This document shows positions 37,817-47,728 of a DNA stretch of 64,000 bases, one piece after another; positions within the stretch are counted from its first letter, which is position 1, and every line of letters starts with the position of its first letter. Both the position numbers and the translations under genes were made by a program. The notes under the pieces are model-generated. The model did not search any database and was not told where the DNA came from. It was given only the letters and a program-made list of their open reading frames with translations. Source of the stretch: Alkalispirochaeta sp. (GTDB lineage Bacteria > Spirochaetota > Spirochaetia > DSM-27196 > Alkalispirochaetaceae); the NCBI GenBank assembly GCA_965601925.1, contig OZ271854.1, positions 2,656,001 through 2,720,000 on the forward strand, written 5' to 3'.

Positions 37817-39001
37817 CTACGACTCCGGATCTCGGCGACGCCGACCGGTCAGGCTGGCACGTCCTATCGACGCGGCACCGAAGCGCTTTCGTAACTCGAC
37901 GATCGTCGGATCGAGAGATTCTTCCTGTCCATCGTCGAATAGTTCCCTTTGTCCGTCGGGTTCATCTCCTATATCACCGGAGAGTCCGACTCCCAGGAGT
38001 CGGAGCGGCCGCCCGTCGCGGCGGGATTCCAAAAGATCCATCGCGATGCCGGCCAACTCCGCGCTCGTGCGGAGACTCCGCTGAAGGGTGCGCGATACCG
38101 TATGCGTCTCGAACGGTGGAAAGCGATACTTCACTTGAATCGTGCGTCCCCGCCACGATTCGCGGATCGAACGGTGAAATACCTCCTCCGCCAGGGCCAG
38201 CATCTGTCTGCGGAGGAGCTCGATATCGGCGATGTCGTCCTCGAACGTCTCCTCGGAGGAGATGCTGTGCCGCTCGCGGCCGCTCCGATAGATTCCCGGG
38301 TCCTCGCCGCGAGCCACGCGGTACATGTAGTCGCCGGCCGCCTCGCCGAAGTGACCGCGCAGATACTCCAGGCGTTGCGTCCGCAGTTGTGCCACGGTCG
38401 TAATCCCCAGTCCTTCGAGGCGCCGTCTGCTGCTCTTGCCAAGACCCCACAGATCGCGCAGCTCCAGTCGCAGTACGAAATCGGCCTCCCCGCCCGGAGG
38501 TACGTAGTGTAGACCGTCGGGCTTATCTACCTCGCTGGCGAGTTTAGCGATGAAGCGGCTCGCGCCGATACCGACCGATATGGTCAGACCCGTCGCCGAG
38601 CGCACCTCGTCCTTGAGCCGTCGCGCAACCTCTACCGGGGATCCCAGAAGCCGTTCGGTGCCCGTCATGTCGAGAAACGCCTCATCGATCGATATGGCGC
38701 GAACCGACGGCGAGTACTCCGAGAAGAGCGTCATGATACGCCGGGAGACTTCCTGATAGCGCCGCATACGGATCGGGACGATCACCGCATCGGGACACAA
38801 ACGCAACGCTTTGACCATCGGCATGGCGCTGTGGACGCCGAAGGGGCGCGACTCATAACTGCACGCCGCGACGACGCTCCGCTTTCCCTTGCCGCCCACC
38901 ACCACCGGGCGTCCCCTCAGATCCGGGTTGTCGAGTTGCTCGATCGAGGCGTAAAACGCATCCATGTCGACGTGAAATATCACCCGATCGATCCGTGTCA
39001 T
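37817..39001 (-). CDS. dinB: DNA polymerase IV (Y family)
   Basis: 'FHVDMDAFYASIE', 'CSYE.R.FGV.SAM', 'SIDEAFLD', 'AKLAS...KPDG', 'SIS.E.TF'; ATGA overlap with the upstream gene. Confidence 0.95.
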   Translation of the reverse strand: MTRIDRVIFHVDMDAFYASIEQLDNPDLRGRPVVVGGKGKRSVVAACSYESRPFGVHSAMPMVKALRLCPDAVIVPIRMRRYQEVSRRIMTLFSEYSPSVRAISIDEAFLDMTGTERLLGSPVEVARRLKDEVRSATGLTISVGIGASRFIAKLASEVDKPDGLHYVPPGGEADFVLRLELRDLWGLGKSSRRRLEGLGITTVAQLRTQRLEYLRGHFGEAAGDYMYRVARGEDPGIYRSGRERHSISSEETFEDDIADIELLRRQMLALAEEVFHRSIRESWRGRTIQVKYRFPPFETHTVSRTLQRSLRTSAELAGIAMDLLESRRDGRPLRLLGVGLSGDIGDEPDGQRELFDDGQEESLDPTIVELRKRFGAASIGRASLTGRRRRDPES

Positions 39002-41040
39002 TGGAGTGAGAGCCTCTCTTGGATCGTCCACTCGACGCGGTAGTCCTCGGCGGCGGGCACGACGATCGTTTGGTCTTGCCTCCCGGCCCCGGACCGCGAG
39101 AGATCCGCTTGGCCCGAAAATGCGGCGCGGGCCGCGATTCTCACCACCGGCGGCGAATCGTCGGGAACGCGCAATACGATCGTGCCGCCGATCTCGGAGG
39201 GTGGAAGCGTGCCGGGCAACAGAACGAAGCGGGTGCCGGTACTCCCGACCTCTTCTCGGGAGACGATATCGCTTGCATAGAGCTGAATCGGACCGTTGGC
39301 CTCCAACACGATGTCCACGCTATCGGCGGGACGGTCGAATTGAATCGTCCACGATAATCGGTGGCGTCCCAACGCCTCGGTCCGTTCCACTCGGAACGTC
39401 ATCGGGGAGTCGGGTGGGGTCAATGACCGCCGGCACGGTAGCCGTGCGCATTCGATGACGGCGCCCGTCTCACGAACCACGACGATGCCGCCGTCCGGCA
39501 CCGATCCCGACCCCTCAATGAGGATCTCTCCCGCATCGGGTACCGTAGTACTCGATAAGAGGTAGCGCTCCGCCACGGCGATCCGAAGGGGTTCGGGCTC
39601 GCGGAGGCGAATAATGATCGTGGCGACGATGATTGCGAGCCCGGTAGCGGCGATCGAGACGGTAATTGTGAGGAGCGGGAGCCGCGGCGTGAGAGCCTCT
39701 ATGCGGAAAAACATTAAGAGCAACGGTAAAAAGAGCACCGCCGTCACGATCTCGCGCCATAGGGGAGGACGCAGGAGAGCCTCCGCCATGGCGGCGTCCG
39801 CCACCGCCGCGAGGGCGATCAGGAGATACACGCTCGGTAGAAGTGCGGCAAGGAGCGCGATCGACTTGAGCCATGCGTTATGCGCCAAACTGAAGAAGAA
39901 GCCGAACAAGAAGGCGAGAAAGAGAAAGGCGCTGGTGATGATACTGACCGCTCCCGAAATGACCGATCCCAAGAAGAGAAAGAGCAGACTCGCGCCGCTG
40001 TACACCGTACTCGCCCGACGAAGGCGGATATGAAGAAGGGGGAAAAGAAGCCCGAGGGTGAGGAACGAGGCCGTGATTTTCGCCCCGGCTTGAAGAAGCG
40101 GTGAGGCGACATCACCGTCGATCCTCGCAAGGAGCCGCAATCCCGCGTTCCCGGCGATCAAACTTAGCACCAGGACGACGTAGATGCCGATAATCGGCGT
40201 GATGTTGTGAGCGATGGCGCGCAGGTAGCGTCTTACGCGACGCGGTCGGACGACTGCGTACGACAACAAAAGCGTTGCCGTGATCACGATACTCCATATC
40301 AAGACGCGCTCCGATACAACCACCGGTGGTCTCCCCGGTATGATGAGGTGGTTGCTGTCCCCGCGACGGGGAACGCCCGCGGCGCGCGATTCTTCGAGAT
40401 GTGCGGCGAGTGGAGCTATCGCCGAGGCGAGGTCGGCCAGGTCGACAAGCTCTAAGCGCGCCGCCGGCATCCCGGCGGTCAAGGCGGTACGCAATACCGC
40501 ATCTTCCAGACCGAATCCGAGGCGCGCGGCATTGAGTTGCGCAAGGTCGATCGGTACCTCGCGTGACGTCGCGATCGCGCGGGCGAACCACGCAGGTGTC
40601 ACCTCTCCGGGAACCGAGACGCGCCACTCGCGGCTGTCGCCGATTTCGAGAAACACACGCGGCGTCGACAGAGGAAGGGGAGACAGCTCTCCGGCGAGAC
40701 GTGCGGTCGCTTCAATTTCTCTTCGGGGCGGGACGATCAGGAGGGCCACCGAGTCGGGTAACGGCCCGAGCGCCTCTATACCGGCCTCGGCGACCGACGC
40801 GAGGTCGACGACCACCATCATGGTGGGATCGTCCGACGGCGATCCGTATAAGTCGGGATAGAAGGAATGACCAAGTCGGTCGGCCCCGGTATTTGTCGAT
40901 TCTACGGGATACATTGTCACTATAGAGCCCGATCGAAGCTCCTCAACCGCCTCGCCGAGTGCGGGGAAAGCGTGGAGGGGCTGTAAAAATGTGACCAAAA
41001 TCATTACACTACAACAGGTCAGGGCGTTTGTTGCTCGCAC
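38998..41040 (-). CDS. Hypothetical multi-pass membrane protein
   Basis: 680-aa ORF with a signal-like N-terminus, soluble domain, about 9 TM segments and a C-terminal domain; start uncertain. Confidence 0.6.
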   Translation of the reverse strand: MRATNALTCCSVMILVTFLQPLHAFPALGEAVEELRSGSIVTMYPVESTNTGADRLGHSFYPDLYGSPSDDPTMMVVVDLASVAEAGIEALGPLPDSVALLIVPPRREIEATARLAGELSPLPLSTPRVFLEIGDSREWRVSVPGEVTPAWFARAIATSREVPIDLAQLNAARLGFGLEDAVLRTALTAGMPAARLELVDLADLASAIAPLAAHLEESRAAGVPRRGDSNHLIIPGRPPVVVSERVLIWSIVITATLLLSYAVVRPRRVRRYLRAIAHNITPIIGIYVVLVLSLIAGNAGLRLLARIDGDVASPLLQAGAKITASFLTLGLLFPLLHIRLRRASTVYSGASLLFLFLGSVISGAVSIITSAFLFLAFLFGFFFSLAHNAWLKSIALLAALLPSVYLLIALAAVADAAMAEALLRPPLWREIVTAVLFLPLLLMFFRIEALTPRLPLLTITVSIAATGLAIIVATIIIRLREPEPLRIAVAERYLLSSTTVPDAGEILIEGSGSVPDGGIVVVRETGAVIECARLPCRRSLTPPDSPMTFRVERTEALGRHRLSWTIQFDRPADSVDIVLEANGPIQLYASDIVSREEVGSTGTRFVLLPGTLPPSEIGGTIVLRVPDDSPPVVRIAARAAFSGQADLSRSGAGRQDQTIVVPAAEDYRVEWTIQERLSLQ

Positions 41041-41092
41041 AAGTACACATGAGCATATGAAGCGACGATCTGCGGGTCAAGGAGAGGCGCGA

Positions 41093-41602
41093 GTGGAACT
41101 ACTTCCGGAAATCGCAGGAAGGCGTAGTACCCGACATTTTGTAAACGAGACCCTACCTCCGGACATCGTTTCACGAATTGTCGAAGCCGGACGGAGAGCA
41201 CCGTCGGCGAAAAATCGGCAGGCGTGGCGGTTTATCGTAGTACGCGAGATCGAGACACGGCAGAAGTTGCAGGAGGCGTGCTTCGGTCAGGATTACGTCG
41301 GCGAGGCGTCGATCGTGATCGCGCTATGCACGACGAATATCGACTACAAGATGCCCAACGGTATGATGAGCTATCCCGTCGATCTCGGGATCGCCGGCGC
41401 ATTCATGATGCTCCAGGCCGAGCATGAGGGGCTCGGTACCTGTCCTGTCACAACGTTTCGAGAAGAGGAAGTCAAATCGATTCTCAGCGTGCCGTACAAG
41501 ATGCGCGTAGTAATGCTCCTGCCCGTGGGACGTCCGGCCGGCGAGAGCGAGTTGTCGCGTAGACTTCCGTTGGAGCGACTCGTCGGATGGGAACACTGGT
41601 AG
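41093..41602 (+). CDS. Nitroreductase family protein
   Basis: 'RRS.R.F', 'APS.KN.Q.WRFIVV', 'D.GIA...MML.A...GLGTC'; GGAG RBS before GTG 41093. Confidence 0.9.
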   Translation: MELLPEIAGRRSTRHFVNETLPPDIVSRIVEAGRRAPSAKNRQAWRFIVVREIETRQKLQEACFGQDYVGEASIVIALCTTNIDYKMPNGMMSYPVDLGIAGAFMMLQAEHEGLGTCPVTTFREEEVKSILSVPYKMRVVMLLPVGRPAGESELSRRLPLERLVGWEHW

Positions 41603-41624
41603 GCGCGGCGTGTCCGCGGCCCCT

Positions 41625-42728
41625 CTACCGTACCGTATCCAGCGCGCCTCTCAGACGATAACGCTCCCGGGCGAGGCGTATAAGCTCCGCTAAGAGTTCC
41701 TGGTAGGACATACCGCCCGCCTCGACCATTTTCGGGTACATGCTGATCGGCGTGAACCCCGGAATCGTGTTGATCTCGTTGAGGTAGATCTCTTCGGCGC
41801 CCCGTTCGGTCGTCACGACGAAACAGTCGACGCGTGCGAGACCGGCGGCGTCGACGGCGCGATACGCCTCGGCGGACATCCGCATGATCTCATCGCGAAT
41901 GTCGGGGCGGAGCGCCGCCGGTATCTCGAACCGTGCGCCGGCCGGATCTTCGTACTTAGCGTCGTAGTCGTAAAACTCATGCGTCGGAATCACCTCGCCC
42001 GGCGGAAATGAGCGCGGCGTATCGTTGCCGAGCACTGCGGTCTCGATCTCGCGTACGGTGAGGGCCTTCTCAACCAATATCGTGTCGTCTATGGCACACG
42101 CCGCCTGGAGCGCCGATGCCAGTCCCGAGGACTCGACGACGCGTGAAATTCCGACACTCGACCCGGCGGCGTTCGGTTTTACGAATACGGGGAAGCCGAA
42201 CGAATCGTCGATCATGCGTGCAACTCGCGCCGTCCCATCGGAACCCGACGTCTCGGCTCGGTCGACGTACAGATAGGGTACAACCGGCAGTCCGCGTTCG
42301 TGCCACAGTTGCTTCGACCTGAGCTTGTCCATACCGACGGCGCTTCCCACCACACCACTTCCTACGTAGGCGATGTCCGCCATTTCCAAGAGGCCCTGAA
42401 GCGTTCCGTCCTCGCCGTACGATCCGTGCAATATAGGAAAGACGCACTCAACCGATAGATCACGCCCGCTACGGACCGCGAAACCCTCGCCCGGAATGAC
42501 GACCACGCGGCGGTCGTCTGCGCGGTCGATGCTCAAGCGTTCGCCGCGTTCCGCCCGTACGAGTTGCTCGTCTCGGTCCTGGAGATACCACCGTCCGTCG
42601 CGGTCGATTGCGATCAACTCCACGTCGGTATCGGGGGTCGCTGCGAGCGCCCGCAGAACTCCCGCGGCCGATGAGCGGGAGACTTCGTGCTCCGTCGAGC
42701 GTCCGCCGTACAGTAGGGCAATCGTCAC
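41625..42728 (-). CDS. ddl: D-alanine--D-alanine ligase
   Basis: 'GGRSTEHEVS', 'LHG.YGEDG.LQG', 'VKP...GSS.G', 'FYDYDAKY' (Tyr, D-Ala-D-Ala type), 'NEINTIPGFT..SMYP'. Confidence 0.95.
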   Translation of the reverse strand: MTIALLYGGRSTEHEVSRSSAAGVLRALAATPDTDVELIAIDRDGRWYLQDRDEQLVRAERGERLSIDRADDRRVVVIPGEGFAVRSGRDLSVECVFPILHGSYGEDGTLQGLLEMADIAYVGSGVVGSAVGMDKLRSKQLWHERGLPVVPYLYVDRAETSGSDGTARVARMIDDSFGFPVFVKPNAAGSSVGISRVVESSGLASALQAACAIDDTILVEKALTVREIETAVLGNDTPRSFPPGEVIPTHEFYDYDAKYEDPAGARFEIPAALRPDIRDEIMRMSAEAYRAVDAAGLARVDCFVVTTERGAEEIYLNEINTIPGFTPISMYPKMVEAGGMSYQELLAELIRLARERYRLRGALDTVR

Positions 42729-44278
42729 GCGCTGGCCCCCTTGCCCATGCGCGAATCGATCTCCTCCGCGACGATCGCCGCCTCATCCCACGCGATCGGA
42801 CCGTCGGGATAGATAATCGACGACTCGTGCCCTTTGCCGAGGAAGAGTACCGTGTCGCCCTCCTCTGCGATCTCCAGTGCGTGGCGGATCGCCGAGCGTC
42901 GATCGGGAACCAAGAACAGGCGTCCCTCGTTGCGAATCGCGGGATCGCCGGTAAGGCAGCCGGCGGCGATATCTTCAAGGATCGCCATTCGATCTTCGCC
43001 CCGCGGATCTTCGTCGGTCAGGATCACCACTTCGGCGTGGCGTGCCGCGAGCTCTCCCTGCATCGCGCGCTTTTCGACGTCCCGCTCTCCCGCCGAACCG
43101 AACACCACGATCAACCTCCCGGCGGTATATCCCTTTATGAGGGGTAACACCTTGGCGAACGCGCCCGGTGTGTGGGCGTAGTCGACGATCGGTGTGTAGG
43201 GCAGATCGTGGGAGATCACCTGCATCCGTCCGGGAAGCGCCTTGAGATGCGGTACGACGGCCAAGAGATCGAGCGGATTTCGATCCAAAAGGGTCGCCAC
43301 GGCGAGCACCGCCGCCAGCACATTTTCCACGTTGAACGGTCCCGGCATGGGTACGCGGACCTTTCGCGACTCCCGTCGCCAATAGACGAGGCACGTCGTG
43401 CCGGCCGTGTCCGGTTGAATATCGCCGGCATACAGATCGGCTTCGGAATCGGTTACCGAGTATGTCAACACCGGGCGTCGCGTCGCATGCTGAAAGTAGT
43501 ACGCGTTGGGATCGTCCCCGTTGACGACGCCGAAGATCGGAAACTCCCGGTCCTTTTTGTTCGATGCGGTTCTGTCGAGGGAGCGAAACAGATTGGCTTT
43601 GTCACTGCGGTACTGCTCGAAACTTCCGTGAAACTCCAGGTGCTCGTGGGTAATGTTGGTAAAGACCGCGACGTGAAAGTCTACATCCTTGAGCCGAGAG
43701 GTCTGCTCGCTGAGGCCGTGAGAGGTCGCCTCCACCACGGCGAAGCGCTTCCCGTTTTCGATCATCTCCCGGAGAAATCCGTGGATCTCCGGCGCCTCAG
43801 GCGTCGATTGGCGAAATGGATTTTTCTCGAGGCGTAGGTCGCGCTTTATGAGCGCGGTGGATATAAACCCCGACTCCTCTTCCAGAAGCGAAAGGAGCTG
43901 GTCGATGAGAAAGGTCGTCGTACTTTTGCCGTCGGTTCCGGTGACGCCGATGACCGGGAGTTCGCGCGACGGATAGCGCGCCAGCCGCGCAGCGAAGGCG
44001 CTCAGGGCGGTGCGACTATGGGCGACGTGGAGATACACGACCCCGTCGTGTATCGACTCCGGTAACGTCTCGCAGACCACCGCCGCGGCACCTCTCGTTA
44101 CCGCATCGTCGATATACGTGTGTCCGTCGACGTGGTAGCCGGGGAGGGCGACGAAGAGGTCTCCCGACGTTACGTTACGCGAGTCGTACCATATGTGTTC
44201 TATCGCCGGATCGTCGTCCCCGACGCGGGCGATGAGCGGATACTTATCGATCAGTCGAGACAGGTGTAGGGCGGCCAT
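42725..44278 (-). CDS. murE: UDP-MurNAc-tripeptide synthetase
   Basis: 'YDSR.V..GDLFVA', 'GVTGTDGKSTT', 'STPEA', 'EATSHGL', 'TNITHEHL.FHG', 'DYAHTP', 'VFGSAGERD', 'TDEDPR'. Start ATG 44278. Confidence 0.92.
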   Translation of the reverse strand: MAALHLSRLIDKYPLIARVGDDDPAIEHIWYDSRNVTSGDLFVALPGYHVDGHTYIDDAVTRGAAAVVCETLPESIHDGVVYLHVAHSRTALSAFAARLARYPSRELPVIGVTGTDGKSTTTFLIDQLLSLLEEESGFISTALIKRDLRLEKNPFRQSTPEAPEIHGFLREMIENGKRFAVVEATSHGLSEQTSRLKDVDFHVAVFTNITHEHLEFHGSFEQYRSDKANLFRSLDRTASNKKDREFPIFGVVNGDDPNAYYFQHATRRPVLTYSVTDSEADLYAGDIQPDTAGTTCLVYWRRESRKVRVPMPGPFNVENVLAAVLAVATLLDRNPLDLLAVVPHLKALPGRMQVISHDLPYTPIVDYAHTPGAFAKVLPLIKGYTAGRLIVVFGSAGERDVEKRAMQGELAARHAEVVILTDEDPRGEDRMAILEDIAAGCLTGDPAIRNEGRLFLVPDRRSAIRHALEIAEEGDTVLFLGKGHESSIIYPDGPIAWDEAAIVAEEIDSRMGKGASA

Positions 44279-44356
44279 AGGCGGCATGGTAACAAGGGCG
44301 AGCCGTGGAAGGCAACGGCGCATTCGATGGGGCGCCGAGGTGAGGGTGCGACGAAA

Positions 44357-44383
44357 CAAGCCCGGCGGGAACCGCCGGGCTTG
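44357..44383 (-). terminator. Intrinsic terminator downstream of hflC
   Basis: Perfect 12-bp stem CAAGCCCGGCGG/CCGCCGGGCTTG followed by TTTCGT on the minus strand. Confidence 0.65.
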
Positions 44384-44408
44384 CGTTGTCTACGGGTCGA
44401 CGCGCGGT

Positions 44409-45398
44409 CTATCCGTCCTCGGAGTACAGGAAGTCGAAGTACTGCATATCGGTACTCAACGTCGCGCGGAACTCCGGAAGGGTGCGCCGATACGACTCGA
44501 TAGCGCGCCAGAATGCAAAGAAGTCGGCGTCCTGACGGTAGACCTCCGAGTAGATGCGTGCCGCCTCGGCGTCCGCCTCACCGCGAATGATTTCCGCCTC
44601 CTCATACGCTCCCGATAGGATTGTCCGGCGCTCGTTTTCCATCTGACCGATGAGATCGAGGCGGAGACCCTCGCCGAGTGAGCGAGACGCCTCGGCGATC
44701 TGGCGTCGTTCGGAGATCATGCGCTCGTACACGCTCTCGGTGAGGTCGTCGGAGTAACGGATTTGCCGAATAACGATGTCGCGCAGATCGATACCGAGCG
44801 CGGCGGTCGCCACGTTTGCCCGCTGCAACATCTCCACAGAAAGCTGTTGTCGCCCACGCTCGATCTCGCCCCGCTCGTCCACGACCGTAAGGGCCGCGGT
44901 CGCCAGGAGGCGGGTGTCGGTCTGGGTCATCTCGTCGTTTGCGGCGATCGGCTGGTCGCGCTCGATCTCGTTGATGACGTTGGTATCGCGTACCGCTTCT
45001 TCCAGGGCGTTACCCGATACAACGGTGCGTACCGCGCTTTCGATGATATCGTCCAGACCGGAGTAAGCACGCTCCATCGTGGTGACGGAACGGTAAAAGA
45101 GCTCCGGGTCGACGATGTTCCATCGCGCCGTCGTATCGACCCAGATGAACTGGTTTTCCGCCGTCGGCATCTCGCGCGCGTCGCCGTCCCACGAGAGCAG
45201 TCGCGCCGAGTACCGGACGACCTGATCGACCACCGGCGTCTTGAAATGCAGACCCGCCTCCTGCGTGGAGTCGATAATCTGGCCGAAGCGAATCACGACC
45301 GCCTGTTCACCCTCTTGGATTATGTAAAAAGGGCCGAGGATCGCCACGAAGACGATCAGCACGACCAATACGATTAGAACTGCCGCCAAGCGTCTCAT
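44409..45398 (-). CDS. hflC: FtsH protease modulator HflC
   Basis: SPFH domain 'EQAVV.RFG', 'GLHFK.P', 'VYERM.SER', 'RGEADA.AARIY', 'FF.FWR..ESY'. Confidence 0.92.
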   Translation of the reverse strand: MRRLAAVLIVLVVLIVFVAILGPFYIIQEGEQAVVIRFGQIIDSTQEAGLHFKTPVVDQVVRYSARLLSWDGDAREMPTAENQFIWVDTTARWNIVDPELFYRSVTTMERAYSGLDDIIESAVRTVVSGNALEEAVRDTNVINEIERDQPIAANDEMTQTDTRLLATAALTVVDERGEIERGRQQLSVEMLQRANVATAALGIDLRDIVIRQIRYSDDLTESVYERMISERRQIAEASRSLGEGLRLDLIGQMENERRTILSGAYEEAEIIRGEADAEAARIYSEVYRQDADFFAFWRAIESYRRTLPEFRATLSTDMQYFDFLYSEDG

Positions 45399-46405
45399 TG
45401 TAGACCTCCCGGAGTGCCGTCGCGCTCCAAATTGAGCAAAGGTATGAAGTTGGAAAGATTGCGGTCGATGAGCTCCGGTGTGTCCCGCATATCCCGCGTC
45501 GCCTGATCGTCGGGGGCGAAGACATCTTCTACCATCTCGAAATACAGTCGCGTGCGCGTTGTTTGCGGATCGTTGCGGTACTCCTGAAGAACCGTCTCGA
45601 AACGCTCCGCGTCACCCCGCGCGCGGTTGACGCGCTCGGCGGCGTACCCTTGCGCGACCTGGACGACCTGCAACGCCTCACCGCGTGCCCGAGGAATCTC
45701 ACGATTGTACTCCTCGCGCCCCTCGTTGATGAGCCGGTTCATATCCTGCTCGGCGCGGTTAACGTCCTGGAAGGCGTCCTGCACGCGACCCGCCGGCGGT
45801 ACGATGTTCTGGAGGCGAACTTCGGTGATGTTCACGCCGATCTCGTAGCTGCCGAAGATCTGATTCATCTGTTCCTGGGCGATGACCTCGATGTTGGGTC
45901 GCTCGTCTCCGAGTACGTCGGTAATGGCCCTATCCCCGACCAGGCGGTTGACCACCGACTGCGAGATATCGCGGATCGTCTTGTTCGGATCCTCGACGTT
46001 GAACAGCCAGTGCCTTGGCTCATTGATGCGATAGCGGATAATCCACTCCACATCGACGATGTTGAGGTCGCCGGTAAGCATCAACGATTCCTCCGGAAAG
46101 TCGGCGGTGGAGAACAGGGTGCTGATTCCCGCCTGTTCGACCCGAAATCCGAATTGCATGTTTTGTACAATTTGGGTTGGTACGTTGAAGTTCTGCTCGA
46201 TTCCAAACGGTAGTTTAAAGTGGAGTCCCGGTGAAGCGGTTCTGTTATAGCGGCCGAGCCGTACAACGACCGCCTCTTCGGTCTGATCCACTACGAAAAA
46301 ACTGGTTGTCGCAATACCGATAAGAATGAGCACGATCAGTACAATCGACAAAGCACGGCCGTTTAAGTTGAACGAGAACCGTGGTGTCGCGTCGCGTTCC
46401 GACAT
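45395..46405 (-). CDS. hflK: FtsH protease modulator HflK
   Basis: 'PGLHFKLP.GIE', 'MLTGD.NIVDV', 'PP..VQDAF.DV..A', 'PRARG.A', 'TR.RLY.E'. Confidence 0.92.
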   Translation of the reverse strand: MSERDATPRFSFNLNGRALSIVLIVLILIGIATTSFFVVDQTEEAVVVRLGRYNRTASPGLHFKLPFGIEQNFNVPTQIVQNMQFGFRVEQAGISTLFSTADFPEESLMLTGDLNIVDVEWIIRYRINEPRHWLFNVEDPNKTIRDISQSVVNRLVGDRAITDVLGDERPNIEVIAQEQMNQIFGSYEIGVNITEVRLQNIVPPAGRVQDAFQDVNRAEQDMNRLINEGREEYNREIPRARGEALQVVQVAQGYAAERVNRARGDAERFETVLQEYRNDPQTTRTRLYFEMVEDVFAPDDQATRDMRDTPELIDRNLSNFIPLLNLERDGTPGGLQ

Positions 46406-46587
46406 AGTGCGCTCCTTTTCATTGACTAGTTGGGATCAAGGTATCCCGACCACTGTGCTGCGTCAAGAAAGGTCGAAGTATGGGCGGCCGGTCCACCGCT
46501 GGACGGGATTCACCGGGAGGCTCGTCCTTTACACGTCGCGGCCATCCGTGATGCACTGTGATTCCGCATCCACAAGGAGGAAATAGC

Positions 46588-47646
46588 GTGAGATTACGAA
46601 TACCCATCGCCCTCGTCTTTATACTCGCGAGTTTTTCGGTCGCATTCGCCGGTGGAAATCGCGAATCCGAGGAGTCTGCCCCCGGAGAGGCTCCCGACGA
46701 TGTCGCGGTAGAGCAGGATCTTTCGACGGACGCGGTGGCACGCGTTAACGGCATGCTGGTCGGCCGCGAGGAGTTCGACGCAGTGGTGGAGAGTAATATC
46801 TATCGCTATGAGTATCAAAGCGGTCAAACATTCGACGAGGCGCAGCGCGGACTCTTGGAGCGGCAGGTCCTCGACGGGCTGATTACCCGTACTATTCTCG
46901 AGCAAGAGGGTGAAGCGCTCGCTATCGTCATCTCCGACGAACGACTCGCCGAGACGTTGGAGCAGTTCAAAGCGCAGTTTCCCAGCGAATCGGCGTATCA
47001 AATCGCGTTGGAGGAGCAGGGATTCACCGAGGCGGATTTCGAGGTCGAGCTCCGGCGGCAACTGATGATCGAGGAGCTGATCCGTGTCGAGGTGTACGAA
47101 ACGATCGAGCTCGACGAGGCGGAGACTCGGGCCTTTTACGACGGAAACCCGCAGTTCTTCGAGCGACCGGAGCAGGTTGCGGCGCGACACATCATCTTCA
47201 CCACCCGGGAGGGTCAGGACGAGACGGAGCGCACCGCGAGGCAAGCCGAGTTGGAGTCGATCCGTCAACGCATCATCGACGGTGCGGATTTCTCGGAGAT
47301 GGCGCGGGAACACAGCGAAGGGCCGAGCGCCGCCGCCGGCGGCGATCTGGGAGTCTTCGGCCGCGGCCAAATGGTCGGCCCGTTCGAGGATGCCGCGTTC
47401 GGCCTCCAGGTCGGCGAGATTTCGGAGATCGTCGAGACGCAGTTCGGCTATCACCTCATCCAAGTTACCGAGCGCATTCCCGCTCAGACGCAACGTTTCG
47501 AGGATGTGTCGGCGGAGATCGAGCAGTTTCTCACTGAGGAGGCGCGGAATCGCGGCGCCCAGGAGTACGTGCGAGACTTGCGCGCGGCCGCCCAGGTCGA
47601 GGAGTTTATAGAGATCGCCGGAGGCGTCGGAGAGAGTGCGGAGTAA
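46588..47646 (+). CDS. SurA/PrsA-like parvulin peptidyl-prolyl isomerase
   Basis: AAGGAGG RBS + GTG; SurA_N 'VARVNG'; rotamase 'ARHII', 'F.EMA.EHS.GPS...GGDLG.F.RGQMV.PFE.AAF', 'TQFGYHLI'. Confidence 0.9.
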   Translation: MRLRIPIALVFILASFSVAFAGGNRESEESAPGEAPDDVAVEQDLSTDAVARVNGMLVGREEFDAVVESNIYRYEYQSGQTFDEAQRGLLERQVLDGLITRTILEQEGEALAIVISDERLAETLEQFKAQFPSESAYQIALEEQGFTEADFEVELRRQLMIEELIRVEVYETIELDEAETRAFYDGNPQFFERPEQVAARHIIFTTREGQDETERTARQAELESIRQRIIDGADFSEMAREHSEGPSAAAGGDLGVFGRGQMVGPFEDAAFGLQVGEISEIVETQFGYHLIQVTERIPAQTQRFEDVSAEIEQFLTEEARNRGAQEYVRDLRAAAQVEEFIEIAGGVGESAE

Positions 47647-47728
47647 CATACGCACCACGAGCCGCAGGCGGTTCTTCGAAGATGCGACGGGTCCGGTGCC
47701 GTCCACGGCATCCGTCTCGTAAAGCGGT

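Noticed and set aside
41625..42728. Van-type D-Ala-D-Lac ligase
   Set aside because: The omega-loop Tyr (FYDYDAKY) and the position next to murE indicate a housekeeping Ddl.
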